Below are positions 56,804 to 64,000 of a stretch of 64,000 bases of DNA, one piece after another. The stretch's first letter is position 1, and every line of letters begins with the position of its first letter. The stretch lies in UHGV virus genome UHGV-0312576; one strand, written 5' to 3'. Below the pieces are notes generated by a model. It had not been told where the DNA came from. It made no database searches and was given only the letters and a program-made list of their open reading frames with translations. Position numbers and translations under genes: made by a program. The DNA is from a virus.

Positions 56804-57493
56804 ATGAGTAGATTATTAACTACAGGGATAATCGCTTTATCTCTATCTTTAATCACGCCCATGGTAGCATGGGCAGAAGAAATTATAGAAACCGTTTCTA
56901 TAACGGCACAGGTTGAAACAATGAAAGAAGCATTTACTGAGGCTTTAGAATCTAAAACAATGTATGCAAACAAAGCCGGAGTCAATATCCGGGAGAAGCC
57001 TGATATAGAATCAAGAATTATTGACCAGACCATGTTGAATACCTCGTTCGAAGTAATTGGCGAATATGACGGATGGTCCATGATAACCACAGAAGATGGT
57101 TATGCATATGTCAAATCTGAGTATCTTTCTGATACAGAAATTGAACCCCCACAATATACGGAAAAAGATTTATATATACTGGCTCATGTGATATGTGGCG
57201 AAGCACAGGGCTATTCTGGTGAGGAACAGCGCTATGTAGGCTCAGTTGTTATAAATAGAGTAAACCATCCCGAATTTCCAAACTCTATTGAGGATGTGGT
57301 ATTCCAGAGAGGTCAGTATGCATGTGTAAGCGATGGAAATTACTATCGAGAGCCAACACCACAAAATTGGGCCAATGCGCAATGGCTGTTAGAAAACGGT
57401 AGTGTTTTGCCTAATAGTGTGATATGGCAATCAAAGGGAGAACAAGGGAGTGGGGTGTACCTAAAAACGAAATGGCATAGCTATTGCTATTAA
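56804..57493 (+). CDS. secreted cell-wall hydrolase, SleB/CwlJ family, with SH3b-like domain
   Basis: Signal peptide MSRLLTTGIIALSLSLITPMVAWA; SH3b-like KAGVNIREKPDIESRIIDQTMLNTSFEVIGEYDGWSMI; catalytic DLYILAHVICGEAQGYSGEEQRYVGSVVINRVNHPEFP. Confidence 0.7.
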   Translation: MSRLLTTGIIALSLSLITPMVAWAEEIIETVSITAQVETMKEAFTEALESKTMYANKAGVNIREKPDIESRIIDQTMLNTSFEVIGEYDGWSMITTEDGYAYVKSEYLSDTEIEPPQYTEKDLYILAHVICGEAQGYSGEEQRYVGSVVINRVNHPEFPNSIEDVVFQRGQYACVSDGNYYREPTPQNWANAQWLLENGSVLPNSVIWQSKGEQGSGVYLKTKWHSYCY

Positions 57494-57590
57494 TTATAGA
57501 AGAAAGAGGATTGTTTATAGCTATAATAATATGATAAGAAATAAAATAATGGAAGGTACTTGGCTACTGTAATTTGATTAAAAAGTGGTG

Positions 57591-58949
57591 ATGAGGATAA
57601 AAAAGAAAAAGTCTGAAATTATCGACCCATTGTCTTTTGATTCTTCAAGTGCTATGATAAACAGTATAGATAATATACAGATATTATTAGCTAATATGAA
57701 AAAAGAAGAGGAATTAAGACAAAGGGCTAAGTATCTGCATGAACAACATTACAAAATATCAACATCCAAAACAGGAAGCGTCATGACTTGGGTTTTTGAC
57801 CCAAGTAAGGAGAATAACAGAAGAAAAATAAAAAAAACAACAATGGACGCTTTACTGGACGAATTAGTATCTATTTATATAAAGGAAGGTGAGGCAGAGG
57901 ATTATGTAGAAGAGCATCATGATATAATTGATGCACATTCCCAAGCTCAAAAAGAAGATACAAAACATAAGACAATAACATTCCGGGAGTTTTATTCTGA
58001 ATGGTTAAGTTATCAAGGGCTAGACCATGATGGGGCTACCATAGTAAGATATGATGTTGATTGGAATAAGTATTACGTCAATGAACCTCTATCAAAGGAT
58101 ATCATTGATAATCCGATCAAGGATATTAAGCCAATCCAAATTAAAGTATGGGCGTATAAGCTTATTGAAAAGTACAAAATGACATCAACTAAGTATTATA
58201 ATGTCTCAACAATACTTCGTCAGGGATTAGCTTTCGCTGCTTCTGAGGACATTGGAATTATTGACACATCACCTTTTAAAGTGATAATCAAGAAGTCAGA
58301 TAAAAAATTCAAGCATGCGAAAAAGCCTGAAAACAAAACTCAGGTATTTAATTTGGCGGTTCTAAAAAAATTAATTGACTTATGTTGGGAAGATTACAAT
58401 GATAAGGATAAACAATATCTAACACCACTTGCAATATTATTTATGATAGAGACTGGGGTTAGGATAGGAGAGCTGTTGGGATTGTTTTGGAATGATGTTG
58501 AAGCTGATACTGTAAACATTAAACGACAGTATGGGCGTATTTATGATAATGGGGTTCTAGCTGGATACGATTTAAAAGAGTATACAAAATCTGAAGCGGG
58601 TGAACGTTCCATTCCATTGACCAATGAGGCAATCAAAATTCTTCAAGAAATTCGCAAGTATTATTTAAGGAAAGGTATCATTACGGAACGGATATTTGAG
58701 AAAGTTGGTTACTCGGCAACCAGAAATAAACTTTATAGGTATTGTGACAAGATGAACGAAATAAGAAAATCCAATCACAAAATCCGGAAGACATATGTTT
58801 CTCGCTTGCTTTACAACGGCCTATCAATAAATGATGTGAGAGAATTGGCCGGACATAACAGTGAGCAGACAACGTTGCGTAACTATACTTTCGGCGTTGA
58901 GACTGATGAAGAATTGAAAACTCATGTCAAGGAAGCCTTAGCTTTATAA
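57591..58949 (+). CDS. int: tyrosine-type site-specific integrase
   Basis: C-terminal catalytic region HKIRKTYVSRLLYNGLSINDVRELAGHNSEQTTLRNYTF (H-x-x-R ... Y). Directly abuts an att-like repeat cluster. Confidence 0.85.
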   Translation: MRIKKKKSEIIDPLSFDSSSAMINSIDNIQILLANMKKEEELRQRAKYLHEQHYKISTSKTGSVMTWVFDPSKENNRRKIKKTTMDALLDELVSIYIKEGEAEDYVEEHHDIIDAHSQAQKEDTKHKTITFREFYSEWLSYQGLDHDGATIVRYDVDWNKYYVNEPLSKDIIDNPIKDIKPIQIKVWAYKLIEKYKMTSTKYYNVSTILRQGLAFAASEDIGIIDTSPFKVIIKKSDKKFKHAKKPENKTQVFNLAVLKKLIDLCWEDYNDKDKQYLTPLAILFMIETGVRIGELLGLFWNDVEADTVNIKRQYGRIYDNGVLAGYDLKEYTKSEAGERSIPLTNEAIKILQEIRKYYLRKGIITERIFEKVGYSATRNKLYRYCDKMNEIRKSNHKIRKTYVSRLLYNGLSINDVRELAGHNSEQTTLRNYTFGVETDEELKTHVKEALAL

Positions 58950-58973
58950 AAAACGTACCCAAACGTACCCAAA
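58949..58973 (+). repeat. 25-bp direct repeat, copy 1 (putative integrase arm site)
   Basis: Identical to 59147-59171. Confidence 0.6.
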
Positions 58974-59146
58974 CTTTTGGTTTGGGGTGGGTACAGGACA
59001 TTGGGAAAATGTTGAAAAAGTACGTAAATACGTTGTTTTTGAGTCTAGAAATGCGGATATGGAGCACGGGTTCGAATCCCGTATGCTCCATTGAAAAAAG
59101 TACGTAAAATGGAGGTTTTCTGTATATTATCTAAGCCGCATTTTTG

Positions 59147-59171
59147 AAAAACGTACCCAAACGTACCCAAA
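59147..59171 (+). repeat. 25-bp direct repeat, copy 2 (putative integrase arm site)
   Basis: Identical to 58949-58973. Confidence 0.6.
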
Positions 59172-59320
59172 GATTTTAATCGGACTTTTAGCTTTTAAAG
59201 TAGCCTTAAATGGCTACTTTTTTTGTCATAAAATTTTTTATTTAGGCATATACTGGAAATATATGGACATACTAATCATATCCATAGCAAATAGTATATA
59301 CGTAAAAGGAGAACATAATT

Positions 59321-59566
59321 ATGGCACGAGGAGTAAGAAAAACACCACTTGAAAAATTACAGGCAGAGTTATTAGAAGTACAGGCAACCATCGTACAGTA
59401 TGAGAACTGCCTGAAAACGATGAAGGAAAAAGAAAAGTCCATTCAAGAACAGATTGAATTAGAAGAATTTAAGGAATTTAAATCCATGCTAGGCGACCAG
59501 GGGATGACCATGGATGACATCAAAGAATTAGTATCTTCACAGAATGATATTCAGCAGAGCGCTTAA
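59321..59566 (+). CDS. hypothetical coiled-coil small protein
   Basis: 81-aa ORF, RBS AAAAGGAGAACATAATT. Confidence 0.45.
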   Translation: MARGVRKTPLEKLQAELLEVQATIVQYENCLKTMKEKEKSIQEQIELEEFKEFKSMLGDQGMTMDDIKELVSSQNDIQQSA

Positions 59567-59586
59567 TGGCGCTCTGTATTTTTTTA
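59555..59586 (+). terminator. rho-independent terminator
   Basis: CAGAGCGC-TTAATG-GCGCTCTG followed by TATTTTTTT; the stop codon of the 59321 ORF sits in the loop. Confidence 0.65.
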
Positions 59587-59589
59587 CCA

Positions 59590-59618
59590 TTGACACGAAC
59601 ATATGTTTGTGGTACCAT
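59590..59618 (+). promoter_or_regulatory. lexA promoter with LexA box (autoregulation)
   Basis: TTGACA (59590-59595) immediately followed by CGAACATATGTTTG (59596-59609); a -10-like TACCAT at 59613-59618. The 20-mer is identical to 2587-2606. Confidence 0.7.
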
Positions 59619-59664
59619 ATGATTAAGAAAAGAACAAGTGTTCTGATTGGATGGAGGGTTCTGT

Positions 59665-60276
59665 ATGCCAAGCATTACAAATAAGCAACTGGAGATTTTG
59701 GAATACATTAAAAATACAATATTAAGTGAAGGATATCCACCTGCCTTGCGGGAGATTTGTGAAGCAGTCCATTTAAGGTCTACTTCTTCCGTTCATGCTC
59801 ATTTGGCTACTTTGGAGAAAAATGGGTATATACGGCGTGACCCTGCAAAACCCAGAACCATTGAGATTTTAGATGACTTGTTCAATTTTAGTACACGAGA
59901 AATGGTCAATATCCCAGTTGTCGGAACGGTAGCAGCCGGAGAACCTATATTAGCTGAAGAACGGGTTGAAGACTATTTTCCATTCCCTGCCGAGGTACTC
60001 CATACAGATAAAGAAGTATTTATGTTGCGAGTCAAAGGTGAGAGTATGATTAATGCTGGAATAAAACCTGGCGATAAAATCATGGTGGAACAGCAGGACA
60101 CAGCTGAAAATGGTGAGATTGTGGTAGCATTAATAGAAGATTCGGCTACAGTAAAACGTTTCTATAAAGAACAAGACCATTACCGATTACAGCCTGAAAA
60201 CGATACAATGGAGCCGATAATTGTAAGCGATGTACAAATACTGGGTAAAGTAGTTGGATTGATAAGAATGATGTGA
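59665..60276 (+). CDS. lexA: LexA repressor (S24 peptidase, transcriptional repressor of the SOS response)
   Basis: N-terminal LexA winged-helix MPSITNKQLEILEYIKNTILSEGYPPALREICEAVHLRSTSSVHAHLATLEKNGYIRR, cleavage site VAAGEP, catalytic GESM and VKRF; ATG 59665 after GGAGGG. Confidence 0.9.
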   Translation: MPSITNKQLEILEYIKNTILSEGYPPALREICEAVHLRSTSSVHAHLATLEKNGYIRRDPAKPRTIEILDDLFNFSTREMVNIPVVGTVAAGEPILAEERVEDYFPFPAEVLHTDKEVFMLRVKGESMINAGIKPGDKIMVEQQDTAENGEIVVALIEDSATVKRFYKEQDHYRLQPENDTMEPIIVSDVQILGKVVGLIRMM

Positions 60277-60363
60277 GGGATGGTATGGATGTAACTTGTG
60301 TTACTGATATTTTTAAATTTATGCATCGCGTTATGAATCTGGAAGTGGACGAGATAGAATATT

Positions 60364-60666
60364 GTGATGATGAATCATATGATATGCCTACAGACGAGGA
60401 GGTGTCACCATTATATGAAGATAACGAGGGATAATCTTAATGAGGTCATGTTTGAAAATCATGATGCACGTTTGCTTATTGAGGATGTAGTTACTCATAC
60501 CAGTGCCAATCTCTATTATTATCATGATATAGAGATAACAGTGCAGAAGGCTTTGGAGATTTGGCAAAAGGCACAGTCCGCAGATGAAGATGAAATTGAA
60601 GGGCAATATAGTGTATCATTCCTTGACTTTTCAAAAGAACGTATACCAGAATTACTTTGTTCATAA
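60364..60666 (+). CDS. hypothetical protein between lexA and the Y-family polymerase gene
   Basis: ORF-track frame; the likely start is ATG 60415 (MKITRDNLNEV...). Confidence 0.4.
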   Translation: MMMNHMICLQTRRCHHYMKITRDNLNEVMFENHDARLLIEDVVTHTSANLYYYHDIEITVQKALEIWQKAQSADEDEIEGQYSVSFLDFSKERIPELLCS

Positions 60667-60710
60667 GATGGGAACCAGAAGAACGGTTCCCTATAATTTC
60701 CACTATAAAC

Positions 60711-60731
60711 CGAACATACATTCGATTATAA
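60711..60731 (+). promoter_or_regulatory. LexA-box-like operator plus -10 element upstream of the Y-family polymerase gene
   Basis: CGAACATACATTCG (60711-60724; one mismatch to GAAC-N4-GTTC in the right half) abuts TATAAT at 60726-60731. Confidence 0.5.
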
Positions 60732-60753
60732 TAAAACTAGAAGAGGTGATTAT

Positions 60754-62031
60754 GTGGAAAGAGTTATATTTCATGTAGATGTAAATTCAGCGTTTCTTAG
60801 TTGGGAAGCGACATATCGAGTACATCATTTGGGAGCAAAATTGGATTTACGTGATATTCCAAGCGTGGTAGGTGGCGATCAAGAGAAACGGCATGGTATT
60901 ATCCTGGCTAAATCCATACCAGCTAAGAAGTATAAAATCCAAACAGGAGAACCAGTAATAGACGCAAAGCGTAAATGTCCTGAGCTTGTTGTAGTTCCAC
61001 CCAATTATAATCTATACCAACGGTCTTCAAATGCGTTACTGTCAATTCTACGACGCTATACGGACAAAATAGAGCAGTATAGCATTGACGAAGCGTTCAT
61101 GGATATGACAGGAACTAAAGTATTTGGAAAACCAGAGGAAGTGGCAAATGAGATCCGGGAGACGGTTTATCGAGAATTAGGCTTTACAGTAAATATTGGA
61201 GTATCCTATAACAAGATTCTGGCTAAGATGGCATCGGATTTCCAAAAGCCCAATAGGGTTCATACCCTCTGGCCGGATGAGATACCAATTAAAATGTGGC
61301 CTTTGCCAGTGAGGGATTTATTTTTTGTCGGTCATGCAACAGAGAATAAATTATTAAACTTAGGAATCAGGACAATAGGAGAAATCGCAACATTTGATCC
61401 ATATATTTTAAAGTCACATATGCATAAACATGGCGTGACAATTTGGAAATTTGCGCACGGAATTGATGTGTCAGAGGTGATTGACACACCACCGCCAAAT
61501 AAAGGGTATGGTAATAGTACTACAATAGCCTTTGATGTGACCGATACAAAGACTGCTAAATTGGTTCTATTGTCTTTGGCAGAGACAGTAAGTGCAAGGC
61601 TCCGAGCTGATGGAGTCAAGATTGGTGTTGTATCTATAAGCATTCGTGACTGCAATTTGCAATTTTATGGTCATCAAATTACGTTGGATGTATCTACTGA
61701 TTTAACAACGGAAATTTATGATGCAGCTTGCCGATGTTTTGATGAACTTTGGAATGGGATACCAATACGACATTTAGGTATCCATACAGAGCGCGTAAAT
61801 GGCTCAGAATGCCGCCAAATGAGTTTGTTCGACGGAACGGACTACGAGAAACAAAAATGCGTAGAAATGGCCGTAGATGCGCTAAGAAAACGATTTGGGA
61901 TTGACAGTATCAAAAGAGCATCGTTCATTGAATCTCCAAACAGGGATAAAGAAAATTTGATTGACCATATGAGTGGTGGAATCAGTCGTGAAAAGCGCAC
62001 TGTGGATTATGAAAAGGAAATTATTATTTAA
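60754..62031 (+). CDS. Y-family (UmuC/DinB/UvrX-like) translesion DNA polymerase
   Basis: N-terminal IFHVDVNSAFLSWE and catalytic SIDEAFMDMTG Y-family palm motifs; 425 aa; GTG start. Confidence 0.8.
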   Translation: MERVIFHVDVNSAFLSWEATYRVHHLGAKLDLRDIPSVVGGDQEKRHGIILAKSIPAKKYKIQTGEPVIDAKRKCPELVVVPPNYNLYQRSSNALLSILRRYTDKIEQYSIDEAFMDMTGTKVFGKPEEVANEIRETVYRELGFTVNIGVSYNKILAKMASDFQKPNRVHTLWPDEIPIKMWPLPVRDLFFVGHATENKLLNLGIRTIGEIATFDPYILKSHMHKHGVTIWKFAHGIDVSEVIDTPPPNKGYGNSTTIAFDVTDTKTAKLVLLSLAETVSARLRADGVKIGVVSISIRDCNLQFYGHQITLDVSTDLTTEIYDAACRCFDELWNGIPIRHLGIHTERVNGSECRQMSLFDGTDYEKQKCVEMAVDALRKRFGIDSIKRASFIESPNRDKENLIDHMSGGISREKRTVDYEKEIII

Positions 62032-62045
62032 GGAGTTGAGTAGTT

Positions 62046-62360
62046 ATGTCTATCTTTGGCATAGGGACGAATTCGCAAGAAACGGATAATGGAGAATTAA
62101 AGGGACAAATGTATCATATTGCATGTATGGCATGGTTTCCCGCTTACAGTAAAGACCCTATTCCTGTGAGTTTTAAATTTATGGGTGATGATGGATCATG
62201 CCAGAGAGTAAGTGATATTTCGGTAATGGAAGATGAAGAAAAAAATTACGCTGGAATACCAAGCCGCGAATACAAATGTAAAGCATTTATTGGTGGATTG
62301 GAACAGATCTTTAAATTAGTGTACTTTACGGAGGAATATAAATGGGTAATGGTAATTTGA
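62046..62360 (+). CDS. hypothetical protein
   Basis: 104-aa ORF, RBS AAGGAGTTGAGTAGTT. Confidence 0.45.
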   Translation: MSIFGIGTNSQETDNGELKGQMYHIACMAWFPAYSKDPIPVSFKFMGDDGSCQRVSDISVMEDEEKNYAGIPSREYKCKAFIGGLEQIFKLVYFTEEYKWVMVI

Positions 62361-62563
62361 CAGCTAAAGAAGACATATCTATTGAGAACTTATATAATTT
62401 TATTCGTGCTTCACTGGTGGCGCTACAACCTACAGATGGATTTGGCGAAGCTGATTTTACTTGCCCCATTTGTGGCTCTCAAGCACACATCAGGAGAGAT
62501 AAGGGTGAAATATATAATAATGGAGATATATCGTGCCGGTGCGGGTATTCCTTTCATTTCTAG
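62342..62563 (+). CDS. small zinc-ribbon protein
   Basis: 73 aa, CPICGS...CRCGYSF. Confidence 0.4.
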   Translation: MGNGNLTAKEDISIENLYNFIRASLVALQPTDGFGEADFTCPICGSQAHIRRDKGEIYNNGDISCRCGYSFHF

Positions 62564-62629
62564 CTTGTGTCACGATTAATAACATGATAAGATAGTGAAC
62601 AGATTTGCAAAGGATGTGGTATATAACTG

Positions 62630-62944
62630 ATGAATCATGAACTTACTGTACAGGCTGTACATATTAAAACAACGATATTTAATCCGCCAGCACGATTAAT
62701 CAACTGTAAGGAATTATGTTGTGCTTTTGGATTTGCATATAAACAGGCAGGACTTCAATGCCCAAATATTCAAGAAGGTGCGCAAATAGAAGAGAGTATC
62801 AAAAGTTGTCTGGGAGATATTGAAGGTAAGGACATTGATGAAAAAGTGAGGGAAATAATATCTAGCTATATTTTAAAGCCAGATGAAGTAATTAATGAAG
62901 ATGCACTTACTATTTTGAAGATGGGCTATGAAATAGGAAGATGA
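62630..62944 (+). CDS. hypothetical protein
   Basis: 104-aa ORF. Confidence 0.45.
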   Translation: MNHELTVQAVHIKTTIFNPPARLINCKELCCAFGFAYKQAGLQCPNIQEGAQIEESIKSCLGDIEGKDIDEKVREIISSYILKPDEVINEDALTILKMGYEIGR

Positions 62945-63010
62945 AAATGGTAAATATTACCAGTGGTTTTTTGAAAGTTTAGAGTTAAAATTAAATCAGG
63001 GGTGGCGCTT

Positions 63011-63190
63011 ATGGATAAAGATAAGAATTCCAATGAGCCTGATTTTAATGAAGTCAATATGACAGATGAGGAACTGTTGGACGAATTTGAACGTGCGAAA
63101 AGGATAATCTGTGATGAGATACCTAAAGCCCCGCCAGATGAATTTGAAATCATTTGGCAAAGGATTATGAGAGAGGAGGATGAAAAATAG
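63011..63190 (+). CDS. hypothetical small acidic protein
   Basis: ATG 63011 after AGGGGTGG. Confidence 0.4.
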   Translation: MDKDKNSNEPDFNEVNMTDEELLDEFERAKRIICDEIPKAPPDEFEIIWQRIMREEDEK

Positions 63191-63210
63191 ATTTCATAGC
63201 TAAAAGTAAA

Positions 63211-63255
63211 AAATAGGATGACCGAGCAACATACTCAGTCATCCTATTTGCTTTT
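63211..63255 (+). terminator. rho-independent terminator
   Basis: Perfect 12-bp stem AAATAGGATGAC / GTCATCCTATTT with a 15-nt loop, then GCTTTTG. Confidence 0.6.
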
Positions 63256-63412
63256 GAAAAACTAAAAAAGCTTTAAAAACAGCTAAAAACCTTTGAAAAC
63301 CTTATAAAAGTTTAAAATATATAAAAATGCACTAATTTATTTACAAAATCGTCAATCTGTGTTATAATCCTTCTTATGAAAGTGGAATATAAAGAAAAGG
63401 AGAAGAAAATCT

Positions 63413-63883
63413 ATGTTTGTTGTAAATCATAGGCTATTTGATTCTAAAAATGCTGATGTTATATATGACGCATTAGAAGATTGCATTCAGGTATCTATTA
63501 ACAGTTATTATGTTTTAAACAATTACAGGAGAACTACAAAGGGTCAATATGATATTGTGAAAAAATACTATTCCATAACACTTGATTTGGAAACGGCTAA
63601 ATTTAAGACAATAGAAAAAATGAAGAATGAGAAATTGAGCAGTATTCAAATAGAGAAAAGAATTGCAGAAAATGAGGAAATACTTCGCTCAATAGTGTAT
63701 TACGCTTTAAATAATAAAAGCAAAGCAATTACTTACAGTGAGCCATTTGATAAAGCCATATTGCAATCAGGATATACTGATGAAACTTGTCAGAAGGGAC
63801 TCACATATGTGATTAGAACAAATGCAAGACAGGAGATAGATGATAGTGTTTCTTATACAGACATTACTCTTGATGCATATTAA
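63413..63883 (+). CDS. hypothetical protein
   Basis: 156-aa ORF preceded by an A-tract-rich region and an extended -10 TGTTATAAT (63354-63362); RBS AAAAGGAGAAGAAAATCT. Confidence 0.5.
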   Translation: MFVVNHRLFDSKNADVIYDALEDCIQVSINSYYVLNNYRRTTKGQYDIVKKYYSITLDLETAKFKTIEKMKNEKLSSIQIEKRIAENEEILRSIVYYALNNKSKAITYSEPFDKAILQSGYTDETCQKGLTYVIRTNARQEIDDSVSYTDITLDAY

Positions 63884-64000
63884 AAGAGAGATTTTGCGCG
63901 ACCGTCCAAAGTTTTAGCAAAATCTCCCCCTCATGGAATTGTGCTTATACATAGCAAAAACCACTTTCATTTTAGCATGATTCCATGTGATAGTCAAATA

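Larger units (their letters stand above)
58949..59171. other. attP-like attachment site: tRNA 3'-end mimic flanked by arm-type direct repeats
   Basis: A 25-bp perfect direct repeat, AAAAACGTACCCAAACGTACCCAAA, occurs at 58949-58973 and 59147-59171; each copy holds a tandem ACGTACCCAA x2. A second repeat, AAAAAGTACGTAAA, occurs at 59015-59028 and 59095-59108. Between them is a T-arm plus acceptor-like minihelix GGAGCACGGG-TTCGAAT-CCCGTATGCTCC (59061-59089). Confidence 0.55.

Noticed and set aside
58949-59171. CRISPR array (because of perfect 25-bp direct repeats)
   Set aside because: Only two copies, separated by ~170 bp holding a tRNA-like hairpin and other repeats; no cas genes. The context next to the integrase fits att arm sites.
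60364-60666. YolD-like partner of the Y-family polymerase
   Set aside because: The position fits the SPbeta yolD-uvrX arrangement, but no YolD-family motif could be recognised; left as hypothetical.

Overview
Low-GC DNA (Firmicutes/Clostridia-like codon usage and GGAGG-type ribosome-binding sites) that reads almost end to end as the non-structural part of a large temperate phage or prophage with SPbeta-like gene content. No capsid, portal, tail or terminase genes are present in the 64 kb. Order along the + strand: (1) a lysogeny-control locus (antirepressor-like gene, divergent XRE repressor, MazF/EndoA-family toxin with a downstream partner ORF); (2) a promoter carrying two LexA (Cheo-type) boxes, then a terminated leader, tRNA-Gln(UUG), an unknown first early gene, a phage sigma factor and a DUF262 protein; (3) many tiny zinc-ribbon ORFs, interrupted by an IS110-family insertion sequence; (4) an RNA healing-and-sealing cassette (NPPF methyltransferase-like protein, RNA ligase, polynucleotide kinase-HD phosphoesterase, PRTase, SLOG protein); (5) a PAPS-reductase-like gene and opposite-strand morons; (6) a cargo cassette bracketed by two paralogous small genes, holding an ADP-ribosylglycohydrolase, a lipoprotein, a broken DUF4406 gene and a gene with a G10 tract; (7) tRNA-Gln(UUG) and tRNA-Met(CAU) genes with iteron-like repeats upstream and orphan tRNA 3'-half hairpins downstream; (8) an SPbeta-like replication module (SSB-like, Sak4-like ATPase, DnaB-like helicase, primase, RecJ-like nuclease, DnaE-type polymerase, RecD-like helicase); (9) a DNA methyltransferase, a second ligase and a nucleotide-metabolism block (Crh/HPr-like protein, ThyX-like protein, GMP-kinase-like protein, 5'-nucleotidase, NrdD, NrdG, dUTPase); (10) a secreted SleB-family hydrolase, a tyrosine integrase and an attP-like site; (11) a full LexA gene whose promoter carries the same 20-mer as the early promoter in (2), followed by an SOS-boxed Y-family polymerase. 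Many starts in the ORF track are GTG/TTG, so start coordinates carry uncertainty.
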